This document shows positions 22,435 through 32,542 of a stretch of DNA of 64,000 bases, piece by piece. Position numbers and translations under genes: made by a program. The notes beneath the pieces were generated by a model. The model saw only the letters and a program-made list of their open reading frames with translations. It did no database searches and was not told where the DNA came from. The DNA comes from Gemmatimonadota bacterium (lineage in GTDB: Bacteria; Gemmatimonadota; Gemmatimonadetes; Gemmatimonadales; GWC2-71-9). The stretch spans positions 24,500 through 88,499 of the forward strand of contig QHTT01000068.1 in the NCBI GenBank assembly GCA_003220935.1. The letters run 5' to 3'. Each line of letters opens with the position of its first letter. Position 1 is the first letter of the stretch.

Positions 22435-23493
22435 ATGGAGGCCCGACTCCGCCAGGCGCTCGCACGGGCGGAGCAGGTCGCCCGAGCCTTGGCCGACCCC
22501 GAGACCGCGCGCAATCCGGCCAAGCTGAAGCAGCTGGGCCGCGAGCACGCGCGGCTCGACGCCATCCGCCAAGCCCACAGCCGCCTCGAGCGCCTCCAGG
22601 GCGAGCTCGCCCAGGCGCGCGAGGTTCTGCAGGACAAGGACCCCGAGCTCTCCCAGTTGGCGCGCGCGGACGTGGAGCGGCTCCGTCCCGAGATCGAGCG
22701 AGCGGAGGCCCTGCTCGCCGACCTCCTCACCCCCGCCGACCCGCTCGACGACCGTGATGCCATCGTGGAGATCCGCGCCGGCACTGGCGGCGACGAGGCG
22801 GCGCTCTTCGCGGCGGACCTGTTCCGCATGTACACGCGCTACTGCGAGCGCCGCGGGTGGAAGGTCGAGGTGCTGGCGCTCTCGGAGGGTAACCTCGGCG
22901 GTCTGAAGGAGGCGATCTTTGCGGTGCGTGGGCCCAAGGTGTACGGCACGCTCCGCTATGAGTCGGGCGTGCACCGCGTGCAGCGCATCCCCGAGACCGA
23001 GACACAGGGCCGCCGTCATACGTCCGCCGCGACGGTGGCGGTCCTCCCGGACGCGGAAGAGGTGGACGTCAAGATCGAGGAGAAGGACCTGCGCATTGAC
23101 GTATTCCGCTCCGGCGGCCCGGGTGGCCAGAGCGTCAACACGACAGACAGCGCGGTGCGGGTGACGCACCTCCCGACGGGGCTCGAGGTGAAGTGCCAAG
23201 ATCAGAAGTCGCAGCTCCAGAACAAGATCAAGGCGCTGGAGATCCTGCGCGCCCGGCTGCTCGACCGCATGCTCGCCGAGCAGGAAGCGGCGCGCGCGCG
23301 GGAGCGGCGGGCTCAGGTGGGCACGGGCGACCGATCGCAGAAGATCCGCACATACAACTTTCCGCAGAACCGGATCACCGACCACCGCATCGGGTTCACG
23401 GCCCACGCCCTCGCCGAGGTGATGGACGGGAAGCTCGACGAGCTGATCGCGGCGCTCAGGCTCGCAGGGGAGAAAGAACGGCTCAGTGCCTGA
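22435..23493 (+). CDS. prfA: peptide chain release factor 1
   Basis: P-x-T tripeptide region ([15 protein letters not shown]) and GGQ motif ([17 protein letters not shown]). Full-length colinearity with RF1. Confidence 0.95.
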   Translation: MEARLRQALARAEQVARALADPETARNPAKLKQLGREHARLDAIRQAHSRLERLQGELAQAREVLQDKDPELSQLARADVERLRPEIERAEALLADLLTPADPLDDRDAIVEIRAGTGGDEAALFAADLFRMYTRYCERRGWKVEVLALSEGNLGGLKEAIFAVRGPKVYGTLRYESGVHRVQRIPETETQGRRHTSAATVAVLPDAEEVDVKIEEKDLRIDVFRSGGPGGQSVNTTDSAVRVTHLPTGLEVKCQDQKSQLQNKIKALEILRARLLDRMLAEQEAARARERRAQVGTGDRSQKIRTYNFPQNRITDHRIGFTAHALAEVMDGKLDELIAALRLAGEKERLSA

Positions 23494-24397
23494 GCGCGCC
23501 GCGCCTCGTTCATCGATCGCGAGCGCGCTCGAGCGGGCCCTCGAGCGACTGGCGCGCTCGGGGCTGCCCAGCCCGCGCCGGGAAGCGACGACGCTCTGGG
23601 CTGCTGTGGCCGGCTCAGGGACCAAGCCCGGCGACGTGTGGCTGCGGCGCGACCAGCCGCTGCCGCCGGAGCTGGCGGAGCGGTTTGCGCAAGCCGTCGA
23701 GCGTCGTTCCAGTGGAGTCCCGTTCGCCTATGCTGTCGGTCGCGTGGGCTTCCGCACGCTCGACCTGAAGCTCGACACGCGGGCGTTGATCCCTCGGCCC
23801 GAGACGGAGGGGCTCGTGGAGCTGGTCCTGAATTGGACCCGCCGCGTGCCTCGTGGAACGTGGCACGTGGAACGGGGCGGGGGGGTGGTGGCGGACGTGG
23901 GCACGGGATGCGGCTGCATCGCCCTGGCGCTGGCCGTCGAAGGCAGCTTCGAGCGCGTGATCGCGGTCGAGCGCGCGGCCGGAGCCGCTGCGCTGGCACG
24001 GGAGAACGTCGCCCTCGTTCGGCCCGATGTCCCGGTCGAGATCCGGGAGGGGGATCTCCTGGCGCCTCTCGCAGGGGAGCGCTGCCGGGCGATTGTCTCG
24101 AACCCCCCATATCTGACGGAGGCCGAGTATCTCGAGCTCGATCCGGCTGTGCGCGACTTCGAGCCCCGCCGGGCGCTGGTGAGCGGATCTGACGGGCTCG
24201 ACGCGACGCGGTCGCTGCTCGGGGGCGCCGCCGCGCTGCTCGCGCCCGGCGGCCTGCTGGCGCTCGAGATCGACGAGCGGCGCGCAGTGCAGGTGCGGGC
24301 CCTCGCGCGCGCCCACGGCTGGGCGCGCGTCGCCATCCACGAAGACCTGTTCGGGCGGTCGCGGTTCTTGCTGGCGTTTGCCAAGGAGGGTGCGTGA
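23486..24397 (+). CDS. prmC: release factor glutamine N5-methyltransferase
   Basis: SAM-binding [14 protein letters not shown] and the NPPY motif (IVSNPPYLT). Overlaps the prfA 3' end by 8 nt. Confidence 0.85.
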   Translation: MPERAAPRSSIASALERALERLARSGLPSPRREATTLWAAVAGSGTKPGDVWLRRDQPLPPELAERFAQAVERRSSGVPFAYAVGRVGFRTLDLKLDTRALIPRPETEGLVELVLNWTRRVPRGTWHVERGGGVVADVGTGCGCIALALAVEGSFERVIAVERAAGAAALARENVALVRPDVPVEIREGDLLAPLAGERCRAIVSNPPYLTEAEYLELDPAVRDFEPRRALVSGSDGLDATRSLLGGAAALLAPGGLLALEIDERRAVQVRALARAHGWARVAIHEDLFGRSRFLLAFAKEGA

Positions 24398-24747
24398 TCG
24401 ACCAGAAGGCGGGGGAGCTCGGCCGGCTGCTGGGGCAGAGTGAGGAGTACAAAGCGTTGGTCCGGGCGAGCGACCGGATGCGCGAGGACGCGACCTGCAA
24501 GCAGCTCCTGGCCGAGGTCGAGCGGATCGCGCGGGACATCGAGCGCGCGGCCCAGGAGAACCGGGAGCCGCCACGCGAGCAGGTTGAACAGTACGATCGC
24601 GCGCTCCAGAGCGTCCAGTCGAATGCGGTGTATCAGCAAGTTGTGGCCGCCCAGGCGAACTTCGAAAAACTGATGGCCAAGGTAAACGCGCGGATCTACG
24701 AGGGAATGAAGCAGGGGGCCGCGAGCCCGATCATCACCCTGGGATGA
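24394..24747 (+). CDS. YlbF/YmcA-like (UPF0342) helical protein
   Basis: 117 aa, all-helical. The pattern AGELGRLLGQSEEYKALVRA..DATCKQLL.. resembles the YlbF family. GTGA overlap upstream, ATGA overlap downstream. Confidence 0.5.
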   Translation: MIDQKAGELGRLLGQSEEYKALVRASDRMREDATCKQLLAEVERIARDIERAAQENREPPREQVEQYDRALQSVQSNAVYQQVVAAQANFEKLMAKVNARIYEGMKQGAASPIITLG

Positions 24748-25370
24748 CGTTCATCGTGGTGGAGGGCCCTGAAGGGGCGGGGAAGTCGACACTGCTGCGG
24801 TGGCTGGCAGCCCGGTTCCGCGCCGACGGCCGTACCGTCGTGACGGTGCGCGAGCCCGGCGGGACGCCGGTCGCGGAAGCGGCACGCAAGGTGGTCCTGG
24901 GATTCCCCTACGAGATGGCCCCCGCCGCCGAGTTGTTCCTCTTCCTCGCGGCGCGGGCCGACCTGGTGCACAAAGTGATCCGTCCCGCGCTCGCGGCGGG
25001 ACAGGTGGTCCTGGCCGACCGGTTCGAGCTCTCGACCATGGCCTACCAAGTGGCCGGCGGCGGGTTAGCGTACGAGGAGGTGGCTCGGGCCAACCGCCTG
25101 GCCACGGGGGGGCTCGTCCCGGACCTGACGCTCGTGCTCGACGTGCCCGTGGCGATGGGCCGCGAGCGACAACGCGCGGCACGCAAGGTGCAGGACCGTT
25201 TGGAGCGGCAGGACGATGGGTTCCACCGGCGCGTGCTCGAGGCGTACCGTGGTGCCGCAGGGCCCGGCGTGGCCCACATCGATGCCACACAATCGAAGAA
25301 GGCCGTGCAGGACGCCGCGTGGCGCGAGGTCATGGCGGTGACCGTACTCTCAACGCGAGGCGTGTCATGA
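24744..25370 (+). CDS. tmk: dTMP (thymidylate) kinase
   Basis: P-loop FIVVEGPEGAGKST, DRFELSTMAYQ (DR(Y/F) motif), LID region RERQRAARKVQDRLERQD. Confidence 0.9.
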   Translation: MTFIVVEGPEGAGKSTLLRWLAARFRADGRTVVTVREPGGTPVAEAARKVVLGFPYEMAPAAELFLFLAARADLVHKVIRPALAAGQVVLADRFELSTMAYQVAGGGLAYEEVARANRLATGGLVPDLTLVLDVPVAMGRERQRAARKVQDRLERQDDGFHRRVLEAYRGAAGPGVAHIDATQSKKAVQDAAWREVMAVTVLSTRGVS

Positions 25371-26986
25371 AGCTCCGAAAGATCCTGGTCGTCGCCGTCA
25401 TCTCGTGCGTCGCGCTCGCGACCGGTGGCTGGCTGTTGCAGCGCGAGGCCGTGCCGGAGGGATCCGTGTACCAGCAGGCGCGCCTGTTCGAGGACGTGCT
25501 GGCGCACGTCGCCGACTACTACGTCGACTCGCTCGACGAGCGGCAGCTCTATCAGATGGCGATCGACGGCATGCTCGACCAACTGCACGACCCGTATTCG
25601 GTTTTCCTCAAGCGCGACGACTTCCGCGCCCTCTCCGAGGCGACCACCGGCAACTACGGGGGGCTGGGCATCCAGATCGACGTGCGCGACGGCTGGATCA
25701 CGGTCGTGGCGCCGCTGCCCGACACGCCGGCTGAGCGGGCCGGTATCCAGTCGGGCGATCAGATCGTGACCCTGGACGGCCGCTCGACCGAAGGTTGGAA
25801 GAACGACCAGGCGGTGAAGGAGTTGCGCGGTCAGCCGGGCACGAAGGTCGAGCTCCGGGTGCGGCGGGTGAGTGTGGAGCAGCCGCTCACCTTCAAGCTC
25901 ACCCGCGCCACGATCCACCTTCGCTCGGTGCAAGTCGCGATGATGCTGGACGACAAGGTCGGATACATCCAGCTGAGTCCGGTGAGCGAGACGTCGGCGG
26001 CGGAGCTGAGCGAGGCCGTGGGGAATCTGGTGCAGAAGGGGATGAAATCGCTGGTGCTCGACCTGCGCAGCAACCCGGGCGGCCTGCTCGATCAGGGGGT
26101 GGCCGTGAGCGAGCTGTTCCTCGACCCCGGTCAGGAGGTCGTGGCGACGCGTGGACGGACACCCAACATCACGCGCTCGTTCCGGGACACCAAACCCCAG
26201 CCGTGGCCAGGCCTCCCGATCGTGGTGCTCGTGAACGGCGGCACCGCGAGCGCCGCCGAGATCATCACCGGCGCGCTGCAGGACCACGATCGCGCCCTGG
26301 TCGTGGGGACACCCACGTTCGGGAAGGGGCTCGTGCAGTCGCTCTGGCAGCTCACACCGGAGACGGCACTGAAGCTGACGACGGCGCGTTGGTACACGCC
26401 GAGCGGCCGCACCATTCAGCGCAAGAGCAAGAACGAAGCCGATCAGGAGGCGCAGGTCGTCGCGGCGGAGCAGGGTCGCGATTCGACGCGAAGCGATTCG
26501 GCACTGGTGTTCCACACCGACCGCGGCCGCACGGTGATGGGTGGCGGCGGAATCCGGCCGGATCTATTCGTCAGCCCGGACACGTTCACGACCGCGGAGC
26601 GAAACTTCATGAGAACGCTGGGCGACAAGATCCCGGCGTTTCGGGACGTGCTCTCGACCTACTCGCTCGAGCTGAAGGGGACGGGTCGCGTGAGTGACCC
26701 CTCCGGTGCCGTGAGCGACGAGATGGTGAGCGAGGTGCTGCGCCGCCTCCGGGCCCGGGGCGCGGTCGTTCCCGACAGCCTCATGGCCGGTGCGCACACT
26801 CTCATCGCCCAGGAGCTCGGCTACGAGACCACGCGCTACGTCTTCGGTCGGCCGGCGGAGGTGCGCCGGCGGATGGCGGAGGACCACCAGGTGCAGGCGG
26901 CGCTCGGCCTGGCGCGCCGCGCCCGGTCGCCGCAGGACCTGCTCTCCCTCGCCCCGGCTAAGCCCTCCGCGAACCCGCGGAACTAG
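25367..26986 (+). CDS. S41 family C-terminal processing peptidase
   Basis: ATG 25367 overlaps the tmk stop (ATGA); track ORF 24800..26986 is over-extended. Signal anchor, PDZ domain (GGLGIQIDVRDGWITVVAPLPDTPAERAGIQSGDQIVTLDG), catalytic Ser (TASAAEI) and Lys (TFGKGLVQ) contexts. Confidence 0.9.
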   Translation: MKLRKILVVAVISCVALATGGWLLQREAVPEGSVYQQARLFEDVLAHVADYYVDSLDERQLYQMAIDGMLDQLHDPYSVFLKRDDFRALSEATTGNYGGLGIQIDVRDGWITVVAPLPDTPAERAGIQSGDQIVTLDGRSTEGWKNDQAVKELRGQPGTKVELRVRRVSVEQPLTFKLTRATIHLRSVQVAMMLDDKVGYIQLSPVSETSAAELSEAVGNLVQKGMKSLVLDLRSNPGGLLDQGVAVSELFLDPGQEVVATRGRTPNITRSFRDTKPQPWPGLPIVVLVNGGTASAAEIITGALQDHDRALVVGTPTFGKGLVQSLWQLTPETALKLTTARWYTPSGRTIQRKSKNEADQEAQVVAAEQGRDSTRSDSALVFHTDRGRTVMGGGGIRPDLFVSPDTFTTAERNFMRTLGDKIPAFRDVLSTYSLELKGTGRVSDPSGAVSDEMVSEVLRRLRARGAVVPDSLMAGAHTLIAQELGYETTRYVFGRPAEVRRRMAEDHQVQAALGLARRARSPQDLLSLAPAKPSANPRN

Positions 26987-27906
26987 TGCCGGTCCAACTC
27001 CCGGAGCCTCCGCGCAGACCCGCGGTCGGGATCATCGGGCCGGGGCGCGCGGGCGTGGGTCTGGCGCTGGCGCTGGCCCGCACCGGCTACACGGTCCGGC
27101 TGCACGGGCGTCGCAAGAAGGCCATCCCGAAGCCGCTGCAGCTCACCGTCGGAGCCGCTGACGCTTCCCCCCCGCCCGCCTGGGTCGCCCAGGCGGGCGT
27201 CGTCATTCTCGCCGTGCGGGACGACGCCATCCGCCCCCTGGCGGAGGCGCTCGCGCGCGGCGGCGCGGTCCGGCCGGAGCACGTGGTGCTCCACCTCTCA
27301 GGCGTGCAGGGCCAGGAAGCGCTGGGCCCGCTGGTCCCATCACGCGCCGCGCTCGGCTCGCTCCACCCGCTCCAGACGATCTCGGATCCGGAGCGCGCGC
27401 CCGAGCGCCTGAAGGGCGCCTGGGCTGCGGTGGAGGGGATGGCGCGTGCGCTTGAGGCAGCGGAGGGGATCGCCCGCGAGCTGGGGATGCACCCGTTCCG
27501 CATTACGGGCAAGGCGAAGGCGATCTACCATGCAGGCGCAGTGTTCGCGTCCAACTATTTCGTTGTGGTGCAAGCGGTCGCCCAGCGCCTGCTGCGCCAC
27601 GCGGGCCTCACGGACGCGGACGCGTGGCAGGCCCTGCGCCCGCTCGTGGAGGGCACGCTCGAGAATCTGTCATACGGTCAGCCGATGGACGCGCTGACGG
27701 GGCCGGTGGTGCGCGGCGACGACAGCACCATCCGCCGCCATCTCGAGTCCCTCACCAAGGATGACGCGCTCTTGTACCGCGCGCTGGGGCGCGCGGCGCT
27801 CGAGCTCGCCGAGAAACGGGGAATGGACGAAGCGACGGCGGCGCGTGTCGCCGACGCCCTTGCTACTGATCTACCACTCGTACTCCGGCCGGGAGCGAAA
27901 ACGTAA
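26986..27906 (+). CDS. Rossmann-like / DUF2520 domain-containing protein
   Basis: GIIGPGRAGVGLALALARTGY (NAD(P) fold). C-terminal YHAGAVFASNYFVVV..LTGPVVRGD pattern typical of DUF2520. GTG overlaps the ctp TAG by 1 nt. Confidence 0.65.
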   Translation: MPVQLPEPPRRPAVGIIGPGRAGVGLALALARTGYTVRLHGRRKKAIPKPLQLTVGAADASPPPAWVAQAGVVILAVRDDAIRPLAEALARGGAVRPEHVVLHLSGVQGQEALGPLVPSRAALGSLHPLQTISDPERAPERLKGAWAAVEGMARALEAAEGIARELGMHPFRITGKAKAIYHAGAVFASNYFVVVQAVAQRLLRHAGLTDADAWQALRPLVEGTLENLSYGQPMDALTGPVVRGDDSTIRRHLESLTKDDALLYRALGRAALELAEKRGMDEATAARVADALATDLPLVLRPGAKT

Positions 27907-28543
27907 ACTCGCGGCCCGGCGCGCCGCGGTTCACCTTGAGGTTCCCAAGGATCACCGTCCGCTGCTGGCCCGAGGCCTCTGTGATGTCGATGCGCTGCAC
28001 CAGCCTGTCGTTCCGATCCACCCAGATCACCGCACCGCTGTAGGGCTGGTCTTTCTCCTTCGGGCTGAGCGCGACCACGTCCACCATCGTGCCGCCGAGC
28101 GAGTCTGCCCGCAGGTAGCGCGCGCTGTAGCGCTCGCGTGGTCGCTCCACGAACTGGCCGATCAGATTCGGTCCGGTGGTGCCCACCGCGGGAATGCGCG
28201 AGCGGATCACTTGCCCGGGCGCGGTGCTCGGCGTGTACAGCCACAGGTACCGGCCGTCCGCCACGATGCGATCCCCTTTGGGCGCGGTGAACCGCATCGC
28301 GAAGCGGCTCGGCCGCATCTGGTACAGCTTGCCGCGCGTCGTGTCGGGGCTGCCGATCAGCGGGTTGACGACGATTTGGACGAAGTCAGCGCTGAGCGTG
28401 CTGATCGTCTGGTAGGTCTGGCTGGCGCGGTCGAGGACAGGCCAGGGGTCGTCGGACTGTCGGACGGCCGGACCGCCGGACAGCAATACGACCGCTGTGA
28501 TAAGCCGTCCGACCGTCCGACCGTCCGGCCGTCCGACTCTCAC
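27863..28543 (-). CDS. lolA: outer-membrane lipoprotein carrier protein LolA
   Basis: [52 protein letters not shown] is the LolA-family pattern. GTG start overlaps the upstream stop (GTGA). Confidence 0.8.
   Translation of the reverse strand: MRVGRPDGRTVGRLITAVVLLSGGPAVRQSDDPWPVLDRASQTYQTISTLSADFVQIVVNPLIGSPDTTRGKLYQMRPSRFAMRFTAPKGDRIVADGRYLWLYTPSTAPGQVIRSRIPAVGTTGPNLIGQFVERPRERYSARYLRADSLGGTMVDVVALSPKEKDQPYSGAVIWVDRNDRLVQRIDITEASGQQRTVILGNLKVNRGAPGREFTFSLPAGVRVVDQ
28451..28537. repeat. two inverted arrays of four GTCGGAC/GTCCGAC-containing octamers (imperfect 31-nt inverted repeat, 25-nt spacer) inside the lolA 5' coding region
   Basis: 28451-28481 gtcggacTgtcggacGgccggacCgccggac. 28507-28537 gtccgacCgtccgacCgtccggcCgtccgac. 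26 of 31 positions are complementary. The lolA start codon is at 28541-28543. Confidence 0.8.
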
Positions 28544-29493
28544 GCGCTCACCGACGCGGGCTCGGCGACGCGCCGCCCGATCACCTCCGCGATGACGCGG
28601 ACCTCGCGCATCAGCTGCGCGAACTGGTCGGGGAACAGCGATTGCGCACCGTCGGACAGGCGCAGGCCCGTGCCGTGCGACGGGTCGGCGACGATCGGCA
28701 GGTGCGAGAGCTTGTGCACCACGGGAATGGCCGTGAGGTCGAAGACGTTGCGGGTCGCCGTGTCGAAGCCGCGGATGCCCCGCTCACACAGGATCACCGC
28801 GTGATTCCCCTCGGCGAGCAGGTACTCGGCGGAGAGCAGCAGCTCCTCGATCGTTGCCGACAGCCCGCGCTTGAGGAGCACGGGCTTCTTCGCGCGCCCC
28901 GCGGCCTTGAGGAGCGAGGAGTTCTGCATGTTGCGGGCACCGATCTGAATGATGTCGGCGACTTCGGCGACGTATCCTACCCCCTCGGGGTCCATGGCCT
29001 CGGTGCAGATCAGCAGCCCCGTCTCGTCGCGTGCTTTCGCGAGGAGCTGGAGACCAGGCCGGCCGAGCCCTTGGAAGGCATAGGGCGAGGTACGAGGCTT
29101 CCAGGCGCCCCCGCGCAGGATCACCGCCCCCGCCTCGCGCACCTGCCGCGCGGCTTCGAGGATCTGCCGTTCGGACTCCACCGAGCACGGGCCGGCGATC
29201 GCCACCACCTCCGTCCCTCCGACCGCTACGCCGCCGGGGAGTCGGACGACCGTATTCTCGCCCTTCCATTCGCGGCTCACCTGCTTGTACGGCTTCGAGA
29301 CGTGGATGATCTCCTGGACGCCCGGGAGCGCCTCGAGCCGCGACGCGTCGACCCGCCCGTCGTTGCCCACGAGGCCCACCGCCGTGCGCTGCGCCCCGGG
29401 CATCGGGCTGGCCTTGTAGCCCAGTTCTTCGATGACGGCGACGACGCGCTGGATCTCCGCGTCGGTGGCGCCGTGTCGCATCACAATCAGCAC
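28540..29493 (-). CDS. aroF: 3-deoxy-7-phosphoheptulonate (DAHP) synthase, type I-beta with N-terminal regulatory domain
   Basis: N-terminal ferredoxin-like domain ([25 protein letters not shown]). Catalytic barrel motifs [30 protein letters not shown]. Confidence 0.85.
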   Translation of the reverse strand: MLIVMRHGATDAEIQRVVAVIEELGYKASPMPGAQRTAVGLVGNDGRVDASRLEALPGVQEIIHVSKPYKQVSREWKGENTVVRLPGGVAVGGTEVVAIAGPCSVESERQILEAARQVREAGAVILRGGAWKPRTSPYAFQGLGRPGLQLLAKARDETGLLICTEAMDPEGVGYVAEVADIIQIGARNMQNSSLLKAAGRAKKPVLLKRGLSATIEELLLSAEYLLAEGNHAVILCERGIRGFDTATRNVFDLTAIPVVHKLSHLPIVADPSHGTGLRLSDGAQSLFPDQFAQLMREVRVIAEVIGRRVAEPASVSA

Positions 29494-29496
29494 CGC

Positions 29497-30264
29497 TCAG
29501 ACTCCTCCGATGACGAACCGGTCTCCATCGCGCGCGGCCGCGATCGGTCCGCTAAACCGCACTGCGGCGGCCTGCGCCGGGTCCGAAGTTTCTACCGGTG
29601 GATAGAAGTGCGTCAAGACGAGACGCCGGGCGCCGGCTTCTCGCGCCAGGTCGCCGGCGCGTTCCGGAGTGAGATGAATGTCCATGGCCATCTCCTCGGG
29701 GAGCGAGCACTCCGCGAGCAGCAGGTCCGCGCCCGTCGCCCAGCGAGCGAGCGGGCTCGAGGGGCCGGTGTCCCCCGTGTAGACGAGCCGCCCCTCGGGA
29801 GCCGCCACCGCCAGCGCCACGCTCTCCGGCGTGTGCGGCACCGGGAAGGTCTCGAGATTCACGTCAGCGTCGAGCGGGAACGGCTCGCCGCCCCGCACAT
29901 CGAGGATGCCGATCGGGAACCCCGGGTCGAGCAGCCAGGGGCCGTATCCTTCGGCGAGCGCTTTGATCAGGCGCACTACGCCCGGCGGCCCGAGGATCAC
30001 GAGCGGCTCCTCGCGCGCCGGGACGGTGGTGTACTTGAGGGCATACACGAGCATCGGCAACTCGCCCCAGTGGTCGGGATGAAAATGCGACAGCACCACG
30101 TGCGTGACCTGGTGCCACGGCAGCCCGAACTCGGCGAGGCGGTGCAGAGCTCCCGCGCCGCAGTCGAGCAGGATCTTGAGCCGCCCGCGGCTCACCCAGT
30201 GACACGCCGACGTGCGGCTGGCCGACGGGGCGACCGTCCCCGTTCCCACGGTGACCAGTTCCAT
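29497..30264 (-). CDS. MBL-fold metallo-hydrolase (RNase Z/BN-like)
   Basis: LLDCGAG.., HxHxDH motif (SHFHPDHWG), about 255 aa. Confidence 0.75.
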   Translation of the reverse strand: MELVTVGTGTVAPSASRTSACHWVSRGRLKILLDCGAGALHRLAEFGLPWHQVTHVVLSHFHPDHWGELPMLVYALKYTTVPAREEPLVILGPPGVVRLIKALAEGYGPWLLDPGFPIGILDVRGGEPFPLDADVNLETFPVPHTPESVALAVAAPEGRLVYTGDTGPSSPLARWATGADLLLAECSLPEEMAMDIHLTPERAGDLAREAGARRLVLTHFYPPVETSDPAQAAAVRFSGPIAAARDGDRFVIGGV

Positions 30265-30268
30265 GACG

Positions 30269-32536
30269 CTAGCGGTTCCTCCCCCGAAAGACGATTCGCC
30301 TGAACTGAATTATCCCCCCCGCCCGCAACTTGTACAGATAGACGCCGGGCGGCAGCTCTCGCCCGTCGTCGGCGCGGCCGTCCCACATGAGACGCACATC
30401 GCAGGTGGGGCCGCCGGGCCCGCTCCGGCCGTACCGGCCGGCGGGAAGAATGCCCGGGAAATTGGGCCCCGGGACGAAGCGCCGCACCGGGTTGCCGCGC
30501 AGATCGAGCACGGCGAGCTCCACGATCGCAGGGACCGCGAGATCGAACCAGAGGCACGTCGCCTCGCGTCCGTCGGTGGGGAAGGGGTTGGGAAAATTCT
30601 GATAGAGCTGCGTCGTCGGGGGAATCGAGCCGTCGACCACCATGAACACGCCCTGGCTCTGCACGAGGGTGGTATCGGCTCCGGCGTGCACGACCAGCGA
30701 CCACACGTACGCCGCGTCGCGCTCGAGCGGGCGCGGCAGCTGGAATACCGTATCGCTCAAGCCCGCGACGGTGAATTCGGGCGTGTTTGCGAACTGGGCC
30801 CCGGCGCGGCGCACTGTGAAATCGTAGCGGAGCGGCCCAGGTGGCGTACTCACTGCCGGCGATTGCCAACTGAAGACGGGCTGGACCTCGGCCGTGTTCA
30901 CGCCGGCCGGCGTCGAGAACGAGGTGAGCGTGGCCCATGGCGGTACGACGATCGGCCCGAGAGCTCCGGTCGTCGCGGTGACGCCGGTCGCGGCCGAAGC
31001 GTCGACGCGCCAGAACAACGGCCGTCCGGGCTTGAGCGCACGCCGCAGCGCGAAGCTCGTGGCTGTCGTCAGCGTGTCGACCACGAGATACAGGAACGTG
31101 GCGTCCCGGGCGATGCGGAGGCGGTAGCTGATCGGGGTGGCGTACGGAGGGGGAGTGCTCACCGACCACGAGAACGACGGCGTGATCGACGCCAACACCG
31201 CCCCGGCGGGCGTGAGCGGCGTGATCGCGGTCGGGAACACCGCGCTGGCGGCCACGTCGGGGCGGCCCCAGCCCCGCAGGCTGTCGGGCGCGGTGCGATT
31301 CGCCGCGTAGGCTTGGAGCGCTTGACGGAGCGCGCCGGGCCCGAGACCCGGGTGCAGCTGCTTCAGGAGCGCCGCGGCTGCCGCCAGCAGCGGCGTCGCG
31401 AAGGAAGTCCCGTTGACCCGGCCGAGGGCGTTGGAGGCGCTGAGCACGCAGACGAGCACGCCGGGCGCGGTGAGGTCCGGCTTCAGCCGGCCGTCCGCCG
31501 TCGGGCCGCGCGATGAGAAGCTCGCGAGCGCGCCGAGCGAATCCTCCGCGCCGGCAGTGATCACGGAATCCGCGTCCCCGGGCGTGACCAGGGTCCGGAA
31601 GCTTGGGCCTCCGTTTCCGGCGGCCGTCACGACGAGGATGCCGTGGGCCGCGGCGCTCTCGGCCGCCACGCTCGTGACCGCCACCCGGCCGTTCAGATCC
31701 GCCGGCGAGTAGGTGAAGCCATCGTCAAAGTCGAGATAGCCGAGGCTGGACGAGACGATATCGACGCCGATGGAATCCGCCCACTCCAGCGCGCGCACGT
31801 AGTTCACCTCCTCGATGCGTGTTTCGGACCGTACGTCTTCGGTCTTGGCGAGCAGGTACGCCGCACCGGGCGCGACCCCGCGCAGCCGGCCGGGGACGCG
31901 GCCCGCGAAGAGGGACCACACCGCGGTGCCGTGGAACTGCGCCCCGGGCTGGTCGTTCGGCTGATCGCGCACCACCGAATCGCCGAACACGAAATCGTAC
32001 TGCGCCGTGACCGTGACGCCCGCGAACGCCGGCGCCGCGGTGTTGAAGCCCCCGTCGAGGATGGCGATTCGCACGCCGCTCGCGTCGTACCCGGCGTCGG
32101 CCAGCGGGCGCAGGTCGAGCTGACGGTAGGGCATCTCGGAGGGGCCGTACGTGGGGTCTCCGCCCGCGGGGCAGGTATCGGTAGCGACCGCGGCCCGCGC
32201 CGCCGGATCCGGACCGGGCGCCGGGCGCCAGCGGCCGGCGGGCTGGATGCGGCGGAGCAACGTCTCGCGCGCCAGCTCGCGCAGGCCCGCCGTCGGCACG
32301 TCGGCGCCGAGCGCGTGTAGCCAACGGCTGCGGACGCGCACCCGCGCGCCGGCGGCGGCCGCGCGGGCCGCTGCTCGCTCGAGCGGGACGCCGGGCCGCA
32401 CGAACAGCCACACGGTGAGCGTCGTGTCGCGCTGCCAGACGCGCGGTAGTACCGGAGACACGGCGGGCCGCTGCGCTGCGAGGCCTGCCGGAGCGGCGAG
32501 GGCGAGGAGCGCGGCGGCCCGGATGGACCGTGGCAC
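30269..32536 (-). CDS. S8 (subtilisin-like) serine peptidase with C-terminal FlgD-Ig/T9SS-type sorting domain
   Basis: Asp (RIAILDGGF), His (HGTAVWS) and Ser (GTSFATPLLAAAAALL) triad contexts. Signal peptide. C-terminus LYQNFPNPFP...GVYLYKLRAGG is typical of FlgD-like/T9SS C-terminal domains. Confidence 0.85.
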   Translation of the reverse strand: MPRSIRAAALLALAAPAGLAAQRPAVSPVLPRVWQRDTTLTVWLFVRPGVPLERAAARAAAAGARVRVRSRWLHALGADVPTAGLRELARETLLRRIQPAGRWRPAPGPDPAARAAVATDTCPAGGDPTYGPSEMPYRQLDLRPLADAGYDASGVRIAILDGGFNTAAPAFAGVTVTAQYDFVFGDSVVRDQPNDQPGAQFHGTAVWSLFAGRVPGRLRGVAPGAAYLLAKTEDVRSETRIEEVNYVRALEWADSIGVDIVSSSLGYLDFDDGFTYSPADLNGRVAVTSVAAESAAAHGILVVTAAGNGGPSFRTLVTPGDADSVITAGAEDSLGALASFSSRGPTADGRLKPDLTAPGVLVCVLSASNALGRVNGTSFATPLLAAAAALLKQLHPGLGPGALRQALQAYAANRTAPDSLRGWGRPDVAASAVFPTAITPLTPAGAVLASITPSFSWSVSTPPPYATPISYRLRIARDATFLYLVVDTLTTATSFALRRALKPGRPLFWRVDASAATGVTATTGALGPIVVPPWATLTSFSTPAGVNTAEVQPVFSWQSPAVSTPPGPLRYDFTVRRAGAQFANTPEFTVAGLSDTVFQLPRPLERDAAYVWSLVVHAGADTTLVQSQGVFMVVDGSIPPTTQLYQNFPNPFPTDGREATCLWFDLAVPAIVELAVLDLRGNPVRRFVPGPNFPGILPAGRYGRSGPGGPTCDVRLMWDGRADDGRELPPGVYLYKLRAGGIIQFRRIVFRGRNR

Positions 32537-32542
32537 GGGGCG

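Noticed and set aside
27863-27906. 44-nt overlap of the convergent 3' ends of the DUF2520 gene and lolA (also CTAA at 17724-17727 and CTAG at 46276-46279)
   Set aside because: The overlaps are real in the sequence but fit the generally extreme gene packing here. No structure or motif suggests a specific function.
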